DNA of 64,000 nucleotides from Ilumatobacteraceae bacterium (GTDB lineage: Bacteria; Actinomycetota; Acidimicrobiia; Acidimicrobiales; Ilumatobacteraceae), in contig DATMDV010000370.1 of NCBI GenBank assembly GCA_035557475.1, positions 2,336-66,335 on the forward strand, in the 5' to 3' direction. The position numbers were made by a program, and so were the translations under genes. The notes below the pieces were generated by a model, which was given only the letters and a program-made list of their open reading frames with translations, was not told where the DNA came from and made no database searches. Positions 1 through 9,773 of the stretch are shown here, in pieces. Every line of letters starts with the position of its first letter. Within the stretch, counting starts at the first letter, position 1.

Positions 1-954
1 GAGGTCTGACGTCGCGTAGTTGAACCCCCCGGCGCTCGATCGGATGATGAGCGGCAGCGGCTCGCCCTCGCGGTTCGTGAAGCCGGGCGGGAACACGACT
101 TCGGCGCCTTCGGATTCGACGAGCAGACCGGCCTGTTCGAGGCGCTCGACGACGACCGGCATGAGCGACTGGTAGCGGCTCTCGCCGGCGAGGTCGTCGT
201 CGGTGAGGAGCACGCCGAGTCGCCGGTACACCGTGTTGAAGTACTGCGTCGACAGGGCGACGAGTTGCGCCCACTGTTCGAGCGTGTCGGGATCCCCGCC
301 CTGGAGCAGCACCACCCGTTGCCGGGCCCGCGCCTGGAACTCCTCGGACGCCTCGAACTTGGTGGTCGCGGCCTTGTAGAAGCCGTCGAGGTCGCCGATC
401 GACACCGCTTCGGCGGCCGCCTCCTCACCGATGTCGAGCATGTGCTCGATCAGCATCCCGAACGGCCGGCCCCAGTCGCCGATGTGGTTCTCGCGGATGA
501 GGTGATGCCCGGCGAACCCGAGCATCCGTACCAGGGCGTCGCCGATGATCGTCGACCGCAGGTTGCCGACGTGCATCTCCTTGGCGACGTTGGGCGCCGA
601 GTAGTCGACGACGACCGTGCGCGGGTGAGCCGCGACCGGAACGCCGAGTCGTTCGTCGGGCGCTACAGCCGCGAGCTCGCGGGCGAGGAAGTCGTCGTCG
701 AACACGATGTTGATGAACCCCGGGCCGGCCACTTCGACCGAACTGCAGACACCGTCGAGGACGCCGGTGTCGATGACCGCCTGGGCAACGTCGCGCGGGT
801 TGCGGCCGAGCTCCTTGGCGAGCGCGAGGGCACCGTTCACCTGAGCGTCGGCGCGGTCGGACGGTCGGACGACGGGATCGACGCCATCTCGCCCGGCCAC
901 GTCCGCGAACGCCGGGGCGAGCAACGTCGCGACGGTGGCGAGGGGGTCGGCCAT
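1..954 (-). CDS. argS: arginine--tRNA ligase, N-terminal ~318 aa (C-terminus runs off the left edge)
   Basis: The minus-strand frame is open to position 1, so it has no in-window stop and is absent from the ORF track. ATG at 954-952 gives MADPLATVATLLAPAFADV... It contains VDYSAPNVAKEMHVGNLRSTIIGDAL (class-I HIGH region as in ArgS), then ...GESRYQSLMPVVVERLEQAGLLVESEGAEVVF...PLIIRSSAGGFNYATSDL. Confidence 0.9.
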   Translation of the reverse strand, partial: MADPLATVATLLAPAFADVAGRDGVDPVVRPSDRADAQVNGALALAKELGRNPRDVAQAVIDTGVLDGVCSSVEVAGPGFINIVFDDDFLARELAAVAPDERLGVPVAAHPRTVVVDYSAPNVAKEMHVGNLRSTIIGDALVRMLGFAGHHLIRENHIGDWGRPFGMLIEHMLDIGEEAAAEAVSIGDLDGFYKAATTKFEASEEFQARARQRVVLLQGGDPDTLEQWAQLVALSTQYFNTVYRRLGVLLTDDDLAGESRYQSLMPVVVERLEQAGLLVESEGAEVVFPPGFTNREGEPLPLIIRSSAGGFNYATSDL

Positions 955-1010
955 GGCCGACCATTCTGGCCCGACATTCGCCGATCTCATCGATCGATAC
1001 ATTCGGGCGC

Positions 1011-1430
1011 ATGGACCGACAACTCTCATGGGACGACGTCGCCCCCCATCTGACGGGGCTCGCGAACGCGGCCACCGCATCGAGCGACGGCACGCCGCAC
1101 GTGTCGGTGGTCGCCGCCGTGGTCGACGGCGACTCGATCTGGATCACGACGAGGAGATCGTCGGGCAAGGCGATCAACATCGCCGAGAACCCGCGCATCG
1201 CGCTCATGTTCCGACCCGGATCGGAGGCCTACGTGAGCGGCACGGTCGAGATCGTCGACGACGCCGACGAGAAGCGCCGGCGGTGGTCGGGATTCTTCCC
1301 GTACGACGCGACGGCGTTCTTCGGCGCGCCCGAGGACGACGGCGTGGTGCTGCTCAAGGTTCGCCCGACCGTGGCGACCGTGATGACGCAGGACGAGTCA
1401 GGGCTCCACCGCCGGCGCTGGCAGGCGTGA
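1011..1430 (+). CDS. pyridoxamine 5'-phosphate oxidase-like (split-barrel flavin-binding) family protein
   Basis: 139-aa ORF. PNPOx-like pattern: HVSVVAAVVDGDSIWITTRRSSGKAINIAENPRIALMF ... VVLLKVRPTVATV. Confidence 0.65.
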   Translation: MDRQLSWDDVAPHLTGLANAATASSDGTPHVSVVAAVVDGDSIWITTRRSSGKAINIAENPRIALMFRPGSEAYVSGTVEIVDDADEKRRRWSGFFPYDATAFFGAPEDDGVVLLKVRPTVATVMTQDESGLHRRRWQA

Positions 1431-1432
1431 CC

Positions 1433-1470
1433 GTGCCGCCCGCGCCGGATCGTTCCGGCGCGGGCGGCAT
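1433..1470. terminator. strong GC hairpin between convergent genes (bidirectional terminator candidate)
   Basis: Perfect 14-bp inverted repeat GCCGCCCGCGCCGG (1435-1448) / CCGGCGCGGGCGGC (1455-1468) with loop ATCGTT. It sits in the 44-nt gap between two stop codons. Confidence 0.6.
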
Positions 1471-1474
1471 GTGA

Positions 1475-4400
1475 TCACGTCCTGACCGTGCGGCCCTCGA
1501 CGACCGCGCTGACCGGTGAGTGAGCCGCGATGTACTCGATGACGACATTCATCAGGTCGTCACCGGGTTGCAGCACATCAGTGCCGGCTGCGAGTGCCGT
1601 GTAGCCGTCACCGCCTCCGAAGTACATGAAGTCGTTGGTGACGATGCGGATCGAGTCGGTCGCCAGGATCGGCGACCCGTCGGCGCGCGCCAGACTGTTG
1701 ATCACGGGTGTGGTGCCCGAGCAGCTGAAGTTGATCAGCAGTCCCGACACCTGTGGGAACCGTCCAGTCGCGATCGCCGGGTTGCAGACCGGACTCAACC
1801 CGTTCAACAACGCGGCCGTCAGCACGTCGCCGGTGATCGTCTCGATGACCGTTCGATTGCCGAACGGCAACACCGCGAAAACCTCACCCCACGTGACCTC
1901 ACCGATCGCCTCGCCGGCGGACGGCGGAGCCATCCGAAGGTCCTGTCGCAGGCCACCGGAGTTGGTGAGCGCGGCGTCGATGCCCGGGTACTTCTCGAGC
2001 ATCGCGTCAGCAACCAGGTTGCCCATCGCCGATTCGCTGAGCCGCGCCGGATCGCGCAGGATGTCGACCGCCTGCGTGCCGATCACCTGGTTGCGCAACA
2101 CCGCAGTGTCGGCGTTCGCCTGGGCGACGACTGCCTGGACGTCGGCTCGCGGTGCGACACCGAGGTTTTTCGCCACCCGCGTGGCGCCGCTGACCCACGC
2201 GACGTCGCCGTCGCGCACCATCAGTTGAGCCACCGAGTAGCTCCCACCGGCGTTGACACCCTCGATGACGGGGATGTGCCCGACCACGGTGTTGGTGATG
2301 CGATGCGTGTGCCCGGCGATCACCAGGTCGACGGACGTGTCCTGCAAGGCGTCGGTGATGGCCATGATCGGGCCCTGCCACGCCGACCCTGGAACACCGT
2401 CGATCGTGTTGGCGCCGAGGACCGCGCCCTCGTGGATCACCACCACCTGCACGACGATGCCCAGGTCCGCCAGCCGCTCCGACTCGGCGTGGATCCGCGT
2501 CGCCTCGTCGTCGAACACCAGGCCCTCGGTCGCGCCCGCCTTGACGAGCTCCGGCGTGGTACGCACCGTGGCCCCGATCACGCCGACCTGGACTCCGTTG
2601 ACCGTGAGCACGGTCGACGGCGGCGACCACGAGGGTGATTCACCGGTGGCCTCGTCGATGATGTTGGCCGACAGGAACGGGAAGTTTGCCTGCTCGTTGT
2701 GGAGGAGGATGCGTTCGAGTCCGAAATCGAACTCGTGGTTGCCGTAGCTCGTCGCGTCGAGGCCCCAGAGGTTCTCGACGTCGATCGCGGGAAGATCCTG
2801 CAGTAGCGCCGAGTTCGGGGGTGAGGCTCCGACGTTGTCGCCCGCCGCCAACAGGAGGGTCTGCCCCGGAAGCTGCGCTGCCTCCTCGTCGAACATCGTC
2901 GCCAGTTGCCCTGCGCCGCCGACAGAAAGTGCCGCAACCTCACCCGCGAGGCTGTTGCGCCCAACGATCGTGGTGCTGACCGGGTCGAGTTGCCCGTGGA
3001 AGTCGTTCAACCCGATGATCGGCACTGCCGTGTAGCGATCGCCCCTGTCGAGCATGTCGAGCAGCACCTCCCCCTGGCTGTGCTGGGGAACCGGGATGTC
3101 GAGCAGGAACGCCGCCGTCGGGGCGAGGTCGATGCTGCGCACGTTGCTCACGACACCGTGCTCGATCGCCTTGCCTCCGGCGAGGAACGTGGCTCGCATG
3201 TTGGTGTTGCTCGGCAGATCCTGGATGTCGGGGACGTAGCCGTGCTGGCCGAAGAACGCCGAGCGGGCGATGAGCGTGCCTGGTGTCGCGGCGTCGAACT
3301 GGTACGGCGGATACGAGAACACCACGAGGTCGCCGGTGCGGGTCGGATGCGCCATGTCGGCGGTGCTGCCGGCGCCGTTGGGGATGTAGCGCGCCTCCGC
3401 CTTGGTGAAGGCGCGGTCGATCACCTTCCAGCCCTCCGGTGAACCGTCACCGGTCCAGTCGTTGGGATCGGCGAGGGCGAGGAACGCGGCCTTGATCGTG
3501 GCGACCGTCGTCGCCTCGTCCGCAGCCGCGACTTGGACGAAACCACCGCCGGCCGGATCGCGCCCGGCGAGGTTGAGGTAGATCTGCACCGTGCCACCGG
3601 CCCAGCAGGCCTTGGCCATGCCGATCGTCTCACCGGTCGCCGGACGACAGTTCGACGTCTGCGGCCGCGACAAGAGTCCGAGGTCGACGAGCACCTCGCT
3701 GGCGTCGATCGCCGCGAACTGCGCGGCGAATCCGTGGTCCGACGACACGAACGTCGTCAGGCCGCTGTCGTCCATGCGCTTCTGGGCGAGGCGCATCGTC
3801 GCGTCGGCGCCCTGGTAGGCGCGACGGATGAAGCTCTCGCGTTCGTCGACGCGACCGTCGGGCGTGCCATTGACCTCGACGTCGTCGTAGGCCGGGTTGG
3901 GGGCGCCGTTCGGCAGCGTCTCGGTGACGAGACCGAGGAACTGGTGCTGGAACTCGTCGGTCACGGGGTACCCCACCAGCGCCAGGTCGGGCTGGTACGT
4001 GTCGAGCACGTACTTGATCAGCGGGTGATACGAGGTCTCCCAGTAGAGGCCCTGCTCGATGTACGTCTCCTCGCTGACGATGCCCGCTTCGAGGACCGCG
4101 AAGTCGCCGGCCTGCGACGACGGGAAGCGCTCGGCGACGAAGTCCTCGAACGTGCCGGTGAAGCCGGGCTCACCCGGCCACGTCGGCCACGTCGCGATGG
4201 CCCGCGTCACCGACGTGTGGAACAGCCGGACCTGCGAGAGGTCGGTTGTCAGTCGCTCGACCTTGATCAGAAACGCTCCGGTCTTGCCGTTCAGTGGGTC
4301 GGTCGGGAAGTTCGGAGCGCCGTTGATGGTGATCTTGACGTCGGCCCACTCGCCTTCCTTCAGGTTGGCGACCTTGTCGTTGCCGTCCTTCGTGAACGCG

Positions 4401-5245
4401 AAGAGCACCTTGTCGTACCTGGTCTGCCCATCGTTCTTGCTGTCGTAGATGTAGGCGTTGAGGCCGTACTTGTCGACGCCGCCGTCGATGACGCGCAGGC
4501 GCATCTCCTTCGCCGGGCTGTACGACTTCGGCACGCGCGTCCAGCCGACCGCGGCTGTCGGCGCGGCCTGCGGGAATGGCGGCGAGTTGGCGAAGCCGGC
4601 GGGATGGTCGAACTGCAGACCGAAGGCGGTGGTGAACTGCACCGAGTCGGCGGGGCTGATGTAGTTGGTGGCGACACCTCGACCGCTGCGGAAGTTGCGG
4701 AAGTCGAGCGTCGGCCCGTTGGTCGCGCCGCTGCGACCGCCGGCCCATTCGATCTGGGCGACCTTCTTGCCGCCGCGCTCGGCCGCCTGGGGCAACGTCT
4801 CGGCCTGCAGCACACCGGGGGTTCCCAGTGCCGAGGTGCTGTTGGCGAACGCTTGGCCGTTGACGTGGAACGTGTTGTTCGTCGATCCCGCGACACCCGG
4901 CCACGCGCCGGTCGCGAGCGTGAACCAGCCCGCACCGGTGTTCGGTGGTGACTGCGTGAGCAGCCCGTTGTCCGACGCCTTGGCACCGTTGTTCAAGAGG
5001 TTCCTGAATCCCGGCACCACCCCCTCCTGCGCGTACGCCTCGACGATGTCCTGGCGCAGACCGTCGGCGGCGAAGAACAGCAACTCGTCGTCGCGGTCAT
5101 CCTGATCGCCGCCGGCGCCCGGCGCCGCGATGCCGGCACGCGGCGCGAACCCGACGATCAGTGCGACCGCGGTCAGGACCGCCACACGACGTCGACCGGA
5201 CCTCCAGGGACGAACAGACCCACCCGATGACACGTAATTTCCCAC
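1475..5245 (-). CDS. secreted fusion protein: AlkP-superfamily nucleotide pyrophosphatase/phosphodiesterase + metallophosphoesterase/5'-nucleotidase
   Basis: The N-terminal half has NPP/AlkP motifs ([35 protein letters not shown]). The C-terminal half has calcineurin-type and 5'-NT motifs ([46 protein letters not shown]). Arg-rich signal-like N-terminus [17 protein letters not shown]. The track ORF starts at TTG 5275. I prefer GTG 5245 because it is preceded by GGGGAG; the start is uncertain. Confidence 0.85.
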
Positions 5246-5290
5246 GCTTGGCTCCCCTGTCGCAGTAGCTGACAATGACCCGCAGACCTA

Positions 5291-5340
5291 ACCATACGCA
5301 CATCGCGTGGAGGTGAAAAACGGTCGAACGTTGGGTGATC
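5291..5340 (-). promoter_or_regulatory. candidate PHO-box (three 11-nt-spaced direct repeats) plus -10 element upstream of the NPP/5'-nucleotidase gene
   Basis: Read on the minus strand: GATCACC (5340-5334), GTTCGAC (5329-5323), TTTCACC (5318-5312), spaced exactly 11 nt apart. TATGGT (5296-5291) follows 15 nt later. It resembles the actinobacterial PhoP GTTCACC direct-repeat unit. Confidence 0.4.
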
Positions 5341-5407
5341 ATTTGGCCGCTCACGGTCGCCGTCACCGGGTCCCACGCGACCACGAGCCGCTAGCCTGCG
5401 GTGGCCC

Positions 5408-5479
5408 GCCCTCGTAGCTCAGGGGATAGAGCATCGGCCTCCGGAGCCGTGTGCGCAGGTTCGAATCCTGCCGGGGGCA
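5408..5479 (+). tRNA. tRNA-Arg(CCG): tRNA-Arg (anticodon CCG)
   Basis: Manual cloverleaf:
- acceptor GCCCTCG/CGGGGGC (one G-U)
- D arm GCTC-AGGGGATA-GAGC
- anticodon arm TCGGC-CTCCGGA-GCCGT (anticodon CCG)
- T arm GCAGG-TTCGAAT-CCTGC
- discriminator A

CCA is not encoded. Confidence 0.9.
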
Positions 5480-5485
5480 CCGTGT

Positions 5486-5501
5486 GATGTCTCACGACAT
5501 C
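5486..5501. terminator. small hairpin just 3' of tRNA-Arg, facing the end of the GGDEF gene
   Basis: GATGTC-TCAC-GACATC: 6-bp stem, 4-nt loop. It has no clear U tract, so support is weak. Confidence 0.25.
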
Positions 5502-5520
5502 CCGGATCGCCGTGGTGTGT

Positions 5521-6546
5521 CTACGAGCGCCAGGCAGGGGCGGCCTGGCAGCGGTCGCGCCCTGACGCCTTGGCGTCGTACAGGGCCTGGTCGGCCTCGT
5601 GCAGCGTGGCCGTGGCCGCGACATGATCGCGGTGGAGCGCCACACCGATCGAGAACGTGGCGAGGGGGTTGGTCGCTCGCCATCCCGCGAGCAATCGTTC
5701 GGCCGTCCGGCACGCGTCGTTGCTGGGTCGGCGAAGGACGATGAGGAACTCCTCGCCGCCGTATCGAGCGACCGTGTCCACGCTGTCCCGAACGCTGATC
5801 TTCAGGTACCGGCCGAGATCGGAGAGCACTTCGTCGCCGACCAGATGTCCCAGGCGATCGTTGATGTCCTTGAAGTGGTCGATATCGAGCAGCAGCAGAG
5901 AGTCGCCCGGGTGCAGGGAGTCGAGCATCGTGTTCACCTGGCGGCGGTTGCCGACGCCCGTGAGATCGTCGGTGACCGCGGCGACTGCGAGCAACTCGAA
6001 TGCCGAGTCTTGTGCGGCTCGCGCTCGTCGGAGCCCGGCGTTCGTCGCGGAGAGGACCTCGCCGATGAGGACTGCGCCCGGGATGGCGACACCCACGGAG
6101 CTGATCGCCTCACCGGAGGTGTCGGCCGCGGTGAGTAGTGGGATGAGGTAGGCGACCGCGGCGGGCACCCCGAGCGCGAGCGAGGTTCGGGAGGGGTGGT
6201 GGATGCCAACCCATACGAAGGCGACGACGAACCAGAACGCGTAGATCTCACTCGCCGTCGAGCCGTACATCGCGTTCATGACGAGCAGCGCCAGGCAGAA
6301 CGGGAAGTACATCAGCGTGGCGCGTGCGGGCCAACGTTCCCACGGGAGCAGCAGGCCCAAGGGCGACGCGACCACCGCCATCAGGCCCACGTAGTCGTTG
6401 ATCGCCTGGTTGTCCGCGTTGGGGACATGGTTGTTGACCAGGGTCATGATTCCGGCGGCGAGGAAGAGGAGCGACGCCTGCCGGGCGGCGGCGACCGACC
6501 GCGCACGCTCGTGCGATCCGTTCGTCTTCCCCGCTGATGACCCCAC
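5521..6546 (-). CDS. membrane-anchored diguanylate cyclase (GGDEF domain)
   Basis: The C-terminal domain has an intact active site RYGGEEFLIVL. The N-terminal ~170 aa are hydrophobic helices (LLFLAAGIMTLV, VGLMAVVASPLGLLL, FCLALLVMNAMYG ...). The GTG start is uncertain. Confidence 0.85.
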   Translation of the reverse strand: MGSSAGKTNGSHERARSVAAARQASLLFLAAGIMTLVNNHVPNADNQAINDYVGLMAVVASPLGLLLPWERWPARATLMYFPFCLALLVMNAMYGSTASEIYAFWFVVAFVWVGIHHPSRTSLALGVPAAVAYLIPLLTAADTSGEAISSVGVAIPGAVLIGEVLSATNAGLRRARAAQDSAFELLAVAAVTDDLTGVGNRRQVNTMLDSLHPGDSLLLLDIDHFKDINDRLGHLVGDEVLSDLGRYLKISVRDSVDTVARYGGEEFLIVLRRPSNDACRTAERLLAGWRATNPLATFSIGVALHRDHVAATATLHEADQALYDAKASGRDRCQAAPAWRS

Positions 6547-6728
6547 GCGTACACATCCAGGCTCTCGGGGCGGCCGCCTGCCGCCGCCGACTCATCGGAC
6601 GAACCGTCATGGAACTGAAGCGTCGGTCGCGTGACGTCTGGGCTGGTTGGCGGAGCTGGCCGGGGCCGTTCTGTCGCGAGCTCGCGCTCGGCTACGGTTT
6701 GCCGAGGGGCACAAAGGGGGGATTGGAC

Positions 6729-8213
6729 ATGGCAAGGATTCATCGTCGTACGTTCCTGCAGGGAGCCGTCGCCACGGTCGGCGGAGCCGTCGCCGGGGGG
6801 TCGCTGCAGAGCATGTTGGCGCAGGCGGCTGGAGGTCAACCGCGCATTCGTCCGCTGGAGCCGGTGGCCGATCTCAGAGACGGACGCGTCCGGCTGTGGC
6901 TGCAGCCCAACTTCAAGTACCGCTCGTTCCACGACACCGACGGAACGCCGATCATGCTGTCCGACGGGACGACCCTGCCCGGACGTCACGACGGCATGGC
7001 CGCCTTCAGAGCGCGCGGCCACAACGTGTGGCTCGTCCGCAACCACGAGCTCAACAACCCCGGCCCGGCGTTCGGACCCGCCGCGCCCGGTCCCGGTGAC
7101 GCGCCGTACGACGCGATGGCCCAAGGCGGTACGACGACGACGCTCGTGACAGACCACGGCGAAGTTCTCGAATCGTTCACCAGTCTCAATGGCACCCAGA
7201 TGAACTGCTCCGGTGGCGGAATGCCGTGGGGCTCGTGGATCACGTGCGAGGAGACCGTCAACGGCCCCGACGTCGGCCCCGACTTCACCGGCGCGTCGAA
7301 CATTCCACTCCAGCAACGTCACGGATTCATCTTCGAAGTACCCGCCGATGGCAAGTCGGACCGCCAGCCGATCACGAGTGCCGGGCGCTTCGCTCACGAG
7401 GCGGCCGCGTACAGCCCGCGGGAGGGGATCGTCTACCTCACCGAGGACAACTTTGGGTTTCCATCGGGCCTGTACCGCTACGTCCCGCCCTCGAACCCGA
7501 TGCAGGTGGGCGGACTCGAGAACGGCGGCGTGCTGCAGATGCTGCGGGTGGTCGGTGCGCCCAACGCCCACCTCGAGGCGACCCAGTCGAATGGCGCCAC
7601 CTATCCCGTCGACTGGGTCGACATCGCCGACGCCAACCCGACATTCCCGTACACACCCGGACAGACCGCGCCGACGACCAACAACGACGCCATCAACCAC
7701 GTCGGAAACCAAGGCCGGGCCCTCGGCGCCGCTCACTTCTCCCGACTCGAAGGGGCCGTGTTCACCAAGGGCGAGATCTACTTCACTTCGACCCAAGGCG
7801 GCGGAGCGGCCGAGACCGGACCCGACACGGTGACGGGCTATGGGAACGGTGCCGGCCAGATCTGGTCCTACGACCCGAAGCGAGCGCTGCTCACGTGTCA
7901 CTTCCAGTCGCCCGGCACCGCCGCGCTCGATCTGCCCGACAACATCACCGCCCGTAACAACGGCGCCACGGTGGTCCTCTGTGAGGACGGGCCCGTCGAC
8001 AACTACATCCGCGGGCTCAATCCAGACGCCGAGCTGTTCGACATCGCCCTGAACCGGTTGACGCGCAACGCCCCGCCGAACGCTCCACGGTTCGGCGAGG
8101 AGTTCGCTGGGGCGACGTTCAGCCCCAACGGCGACACGCTGTTCGTCAACATCCAGGCCGCGCAGGGCATCACGTTCGCCATCTGGGGTCCGTGGGACCG
8201 CTTGCGGGTGTGA
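6729..8213 (+). CDS. phoX: Tat-secreted PhoX-type (DUF839) phosphatase
   Basis: ATG 6729 is preceded by AGGGGGGA. Twin-arginine signal MARIHRRTFLQGAVATVGGAVAG. PhoX-like motifs NCSGGGMPWGSWITCEE, GRFAHEAAAY, FSPNGDTLFVNIQ. The upstream 64 codons of the track ORF were discarded. Confidence 0.8.
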   Translation: MARIHRRTFLQGAVATVGGAVAGGSLQSMLAQAAGGQPRIRPLEPVADLRDGRVRLWLQPNFKYRSFHDTDGTPIMLSDGTTLPGRHDGMAAFRARGHNVWLVRNHELNNPGPAFGPAAPGPGDAPYDAMAQGGTTTTLVTDHGEVLESFTSLNGTQMNCSGGGMPWGSWITCEETVNGPDVGPDFTGASNIPLQQRHGFIFEVPADGKSDRQPITSAGRFAHEAAAYSPREGIVYLTEDNFGFPSGLYRYVPPSNPMQVGGLENGGVLQMLRVVGAPNAHLEATQSNGATYPVDWVDIADANPTFPYTPGQTAPTTNNDAINHVGNQGRALGAAHFSRLEGAVFTKGEIYFTSTQGGGAAETGPDTVTGYGNGAGQIWSYDPKRALLTCHFQSPGTAALDLPDNITARNNGATVVLCEDGPVDNYIRGLNPDAELFDIALNRLTRNAPPNAPRFGEEFAGATFSPNGDTLFVNIQAAQGITFAIWGPWDRLRV

Positions 8214-8241
8214 GTCCGTCGGCCCCTGACGATCGATGACG

Positions 8242-8892
8242 TCATTGACGACGGCGGACCGCGCCAACGCTCTCGCGTGAGCGCGTGTCCGCCGCTCGGA
8301 GATCGCTGACAAGCGCGGCGCGGATCTCCTCAGCCGCTTCGTCGGCCCGGAGCACTGCCGACGGGTGGTAGGTGACCACGACGACGCGCCCGTCGAGCTC
8401 GAATTCCGTCCCGCGACTCTTCGCGATCGGCACCGGCCGCCCGAGGAGCGACCGCGCCGCGACCGCGCCGAGCGCGACGATGACCCGACCCTTGACCGCT
8501 TGCATCTCAGCATCTAGCCACGGGTGGCACGCCTCGATCTCGTCGGTGTTCGGCCGTTTGTGCAGCCGGCGCTTTCCACGCACCTCGTGCTTGAAGTGCT
8601 TCACGGCGTTGGTTGCGAACACGTGGGCGCGGTCGATCCCTGCCTGCTCGACGCACCTCCACAGAACGTGACCGGCGGGTCCCACGAACGGGTGACCTTG
8701 CACGTCCTCTCGATCGCCCGGCTGCTCGCCGACCAGGATCAGCGGTGCGTCGCGCCTACCTTCGCCGAACACCGTCTGGTTCGCGTCGGCGTACAGCGGA
8801 CATCCGCGACAGCCGGCCGCGGCGTCGGCGAGCACCGACAACCGGCGGGTCTCCGGGACGTACGACGCCGCTCCCTCGAAGGTGGCCTTCAC
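8242..8892 (-). CDS. UdgX-like uracil-DNA glycosylase (family-4-related, Fe-S type)
   Basis: - Motif A: GEQPGDRED.
- KRRLH insertion (VRGKRRLHKRP), matching the KRRIH loop that defines UdgX.
- Motif B: YHPSAVLRA.
- Four Cys: CRGC, WRC, EACH.

The GTG start overlaps the DUF72 stop (GTGA). Confidence 0.7.
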   Translation of the reverse strand: MKATFEGAASYVPETRRLSVLADAAAGCRGCPLYADANQTVFGEGRRDAPLILVGEQPGDREDVQGHPFVGPAGHVLWRCVEQAGIDRAHVFATNAVKHFKHEVRGKRRLHKRPNTDEIEACHPWLDAEMQAVKGRVIVALGAVAARSLLGRPVPIAKSRGTEFELDGRVVVVTYHPSAVLRADEAAEEIRAALVSDLRAADTRSRESVGAVRRRQ

Positions 8893-9689
8893 GCGCGATG
8901 CCTACCCAGCCGTGCCGGCTCCGAACCGCCGGAACTGCGTGCGATTCGCCGCTTGAGCCACGTCGCATCGACCACCGCGGCGCCGTCGTAGTCGTTGTTG
9001 AAGTACGCGTAGACGTCGTGTCCGGCGTCGAGCTGTTGCTCGATACGGTCGACCGCGCCACGCAGCCGGCGGGGTCCGTAGCGGCCATGGTACGGATGGC
9101 GTCGAGCGTCAGGCCCATGGAATCGGAGATACGCCCAGTCGGCGGTGCGCTCCCACGGGTGATCCTCGAGCAGGTCGTGCACGCACAACGCGGCTCCGTG
9201 TCGGGCAAGCACCTCGTACACGTCGTCGTGGAGCCACGAGCGCTCGCGGAACTCGACGGCCCAGCGCATCGCCGCCGGAGCCGCGTCGAGAAACTCGTCG
9301 AGACGTGCCGTGTCGCGGCGCCAGTTCGGTGGGAGCTGGACGAGATTCGGACCGAGCGTGTCGCCGAGTCGGGTCACCCGATCGAGATGGTTCGCCAGCC
9401 ATCGCGACGGGTCGCGCAACTTCATCCGGTGGGAACCGAACTGGCCGACCTTGACGGCGTAGATGAACCCGTCCGGCGCTCGCTTGCGCCAGTTCTCGAC
9501 CGTGGTCGCGTGCGGCAGGCGGTAGAACGTGCTGTTCAACTCGACCGTGTCGAACCGCTCGGCGTACGAGGCGAACCAGTCCTTGGCGGGCAGGTCGACC
9601 GGGTACACGGGACCGCGCCAATCCTTGTACGACCAGCCGGAGCATCCGATCCGGGCCTCCCCGGGACGCGGTTCAGTGCTGGCGCGCAT
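8889..9689 (-). CDS. DUF72 (YecE-like) family protein
   Basis: Starts MRASTEPRPGEARIGCSGWSYKDWRGPVYP ... NSTFYRLP ... AYFNND. The track ORF (to 10430) was trimmed to the first ATG that begins the conserved domain. It overlaps the downstream UdgX-like gene by 4 nt. Confidence 0.8.
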   Translation of the reverse strand: MRASTEPRPGEARIGCSGWSYKDWRGPVYPVDLPAKDWFASYAERFDTVELNSTFYRLPHATTVENWRKRAPDGFIYAVKVGQFGSHRMKLRDPSRWLANHLDRVTRLGDTLGPNLVQLPPNWRRDTARLDEFLDAAPAAMRWAVEFRERSWLHDDVYEVLARHGAALCVHDLLEDHPWERTADWAYLRFHGPDARRHPYHGRYGPRRLRGAVDRIEQQLDAGHDVYAYFNNDYDGAAVVDATWLKRRIARSSGGSEPARLGRHRA

Positions 9690-9773
9690 CACGCGATGAT
9701 CCCCGGCCACAGCCGATCCGAACCCGGTGGGTGCTCCGCGCGGGAGTCGGCACTCGCTTCTTAGACTCCATCG

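Noticed and set aside
5408-5479. tRNA-Arg as a possible integration site marking a genomic island
   Set aside because: No integrase, recombinase or transposase ORF is present anywhere in the window. I did not notice a duplicated copy of the tRNA 3' end. Base composition and codon style look uniform across the polysaccharide locus.
5521-6546. Possible link between the GGDEF cyclase and regulation of the polysaccharide locus
   Set aside because: The gene lies 11 kb from the locus with many unrelated genes in between. No PilZ or other c-di-GMP receptor motif was recognised in the locus, so a link would be pure speculation.
6601-6615. GAAC-N7-GAAC (GTTC repeats on the minus strand) as a PHO box for phoX
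   Set aside because: Only the GTTC tetranucleotide matches the GTTCACC core in each unit (4-5 of 7). That is too weak to call on its own, so it is mentioned only as context.
8236-8245. Perfect 10-bp palindrome ATGACGTCAT at the UdgX-like stop codon
   Set aside because: It is short, overlaps the stop codon, and has no second copy or flanking structure. This is most likely chance.
6444-8513. 689-aa ORF antisense to phoX
   Set aside because: Same reasoning. It has no motifs, runs across the phoX gene and into the UdgX-like gene, and has an Arg/Gly-rich composition.
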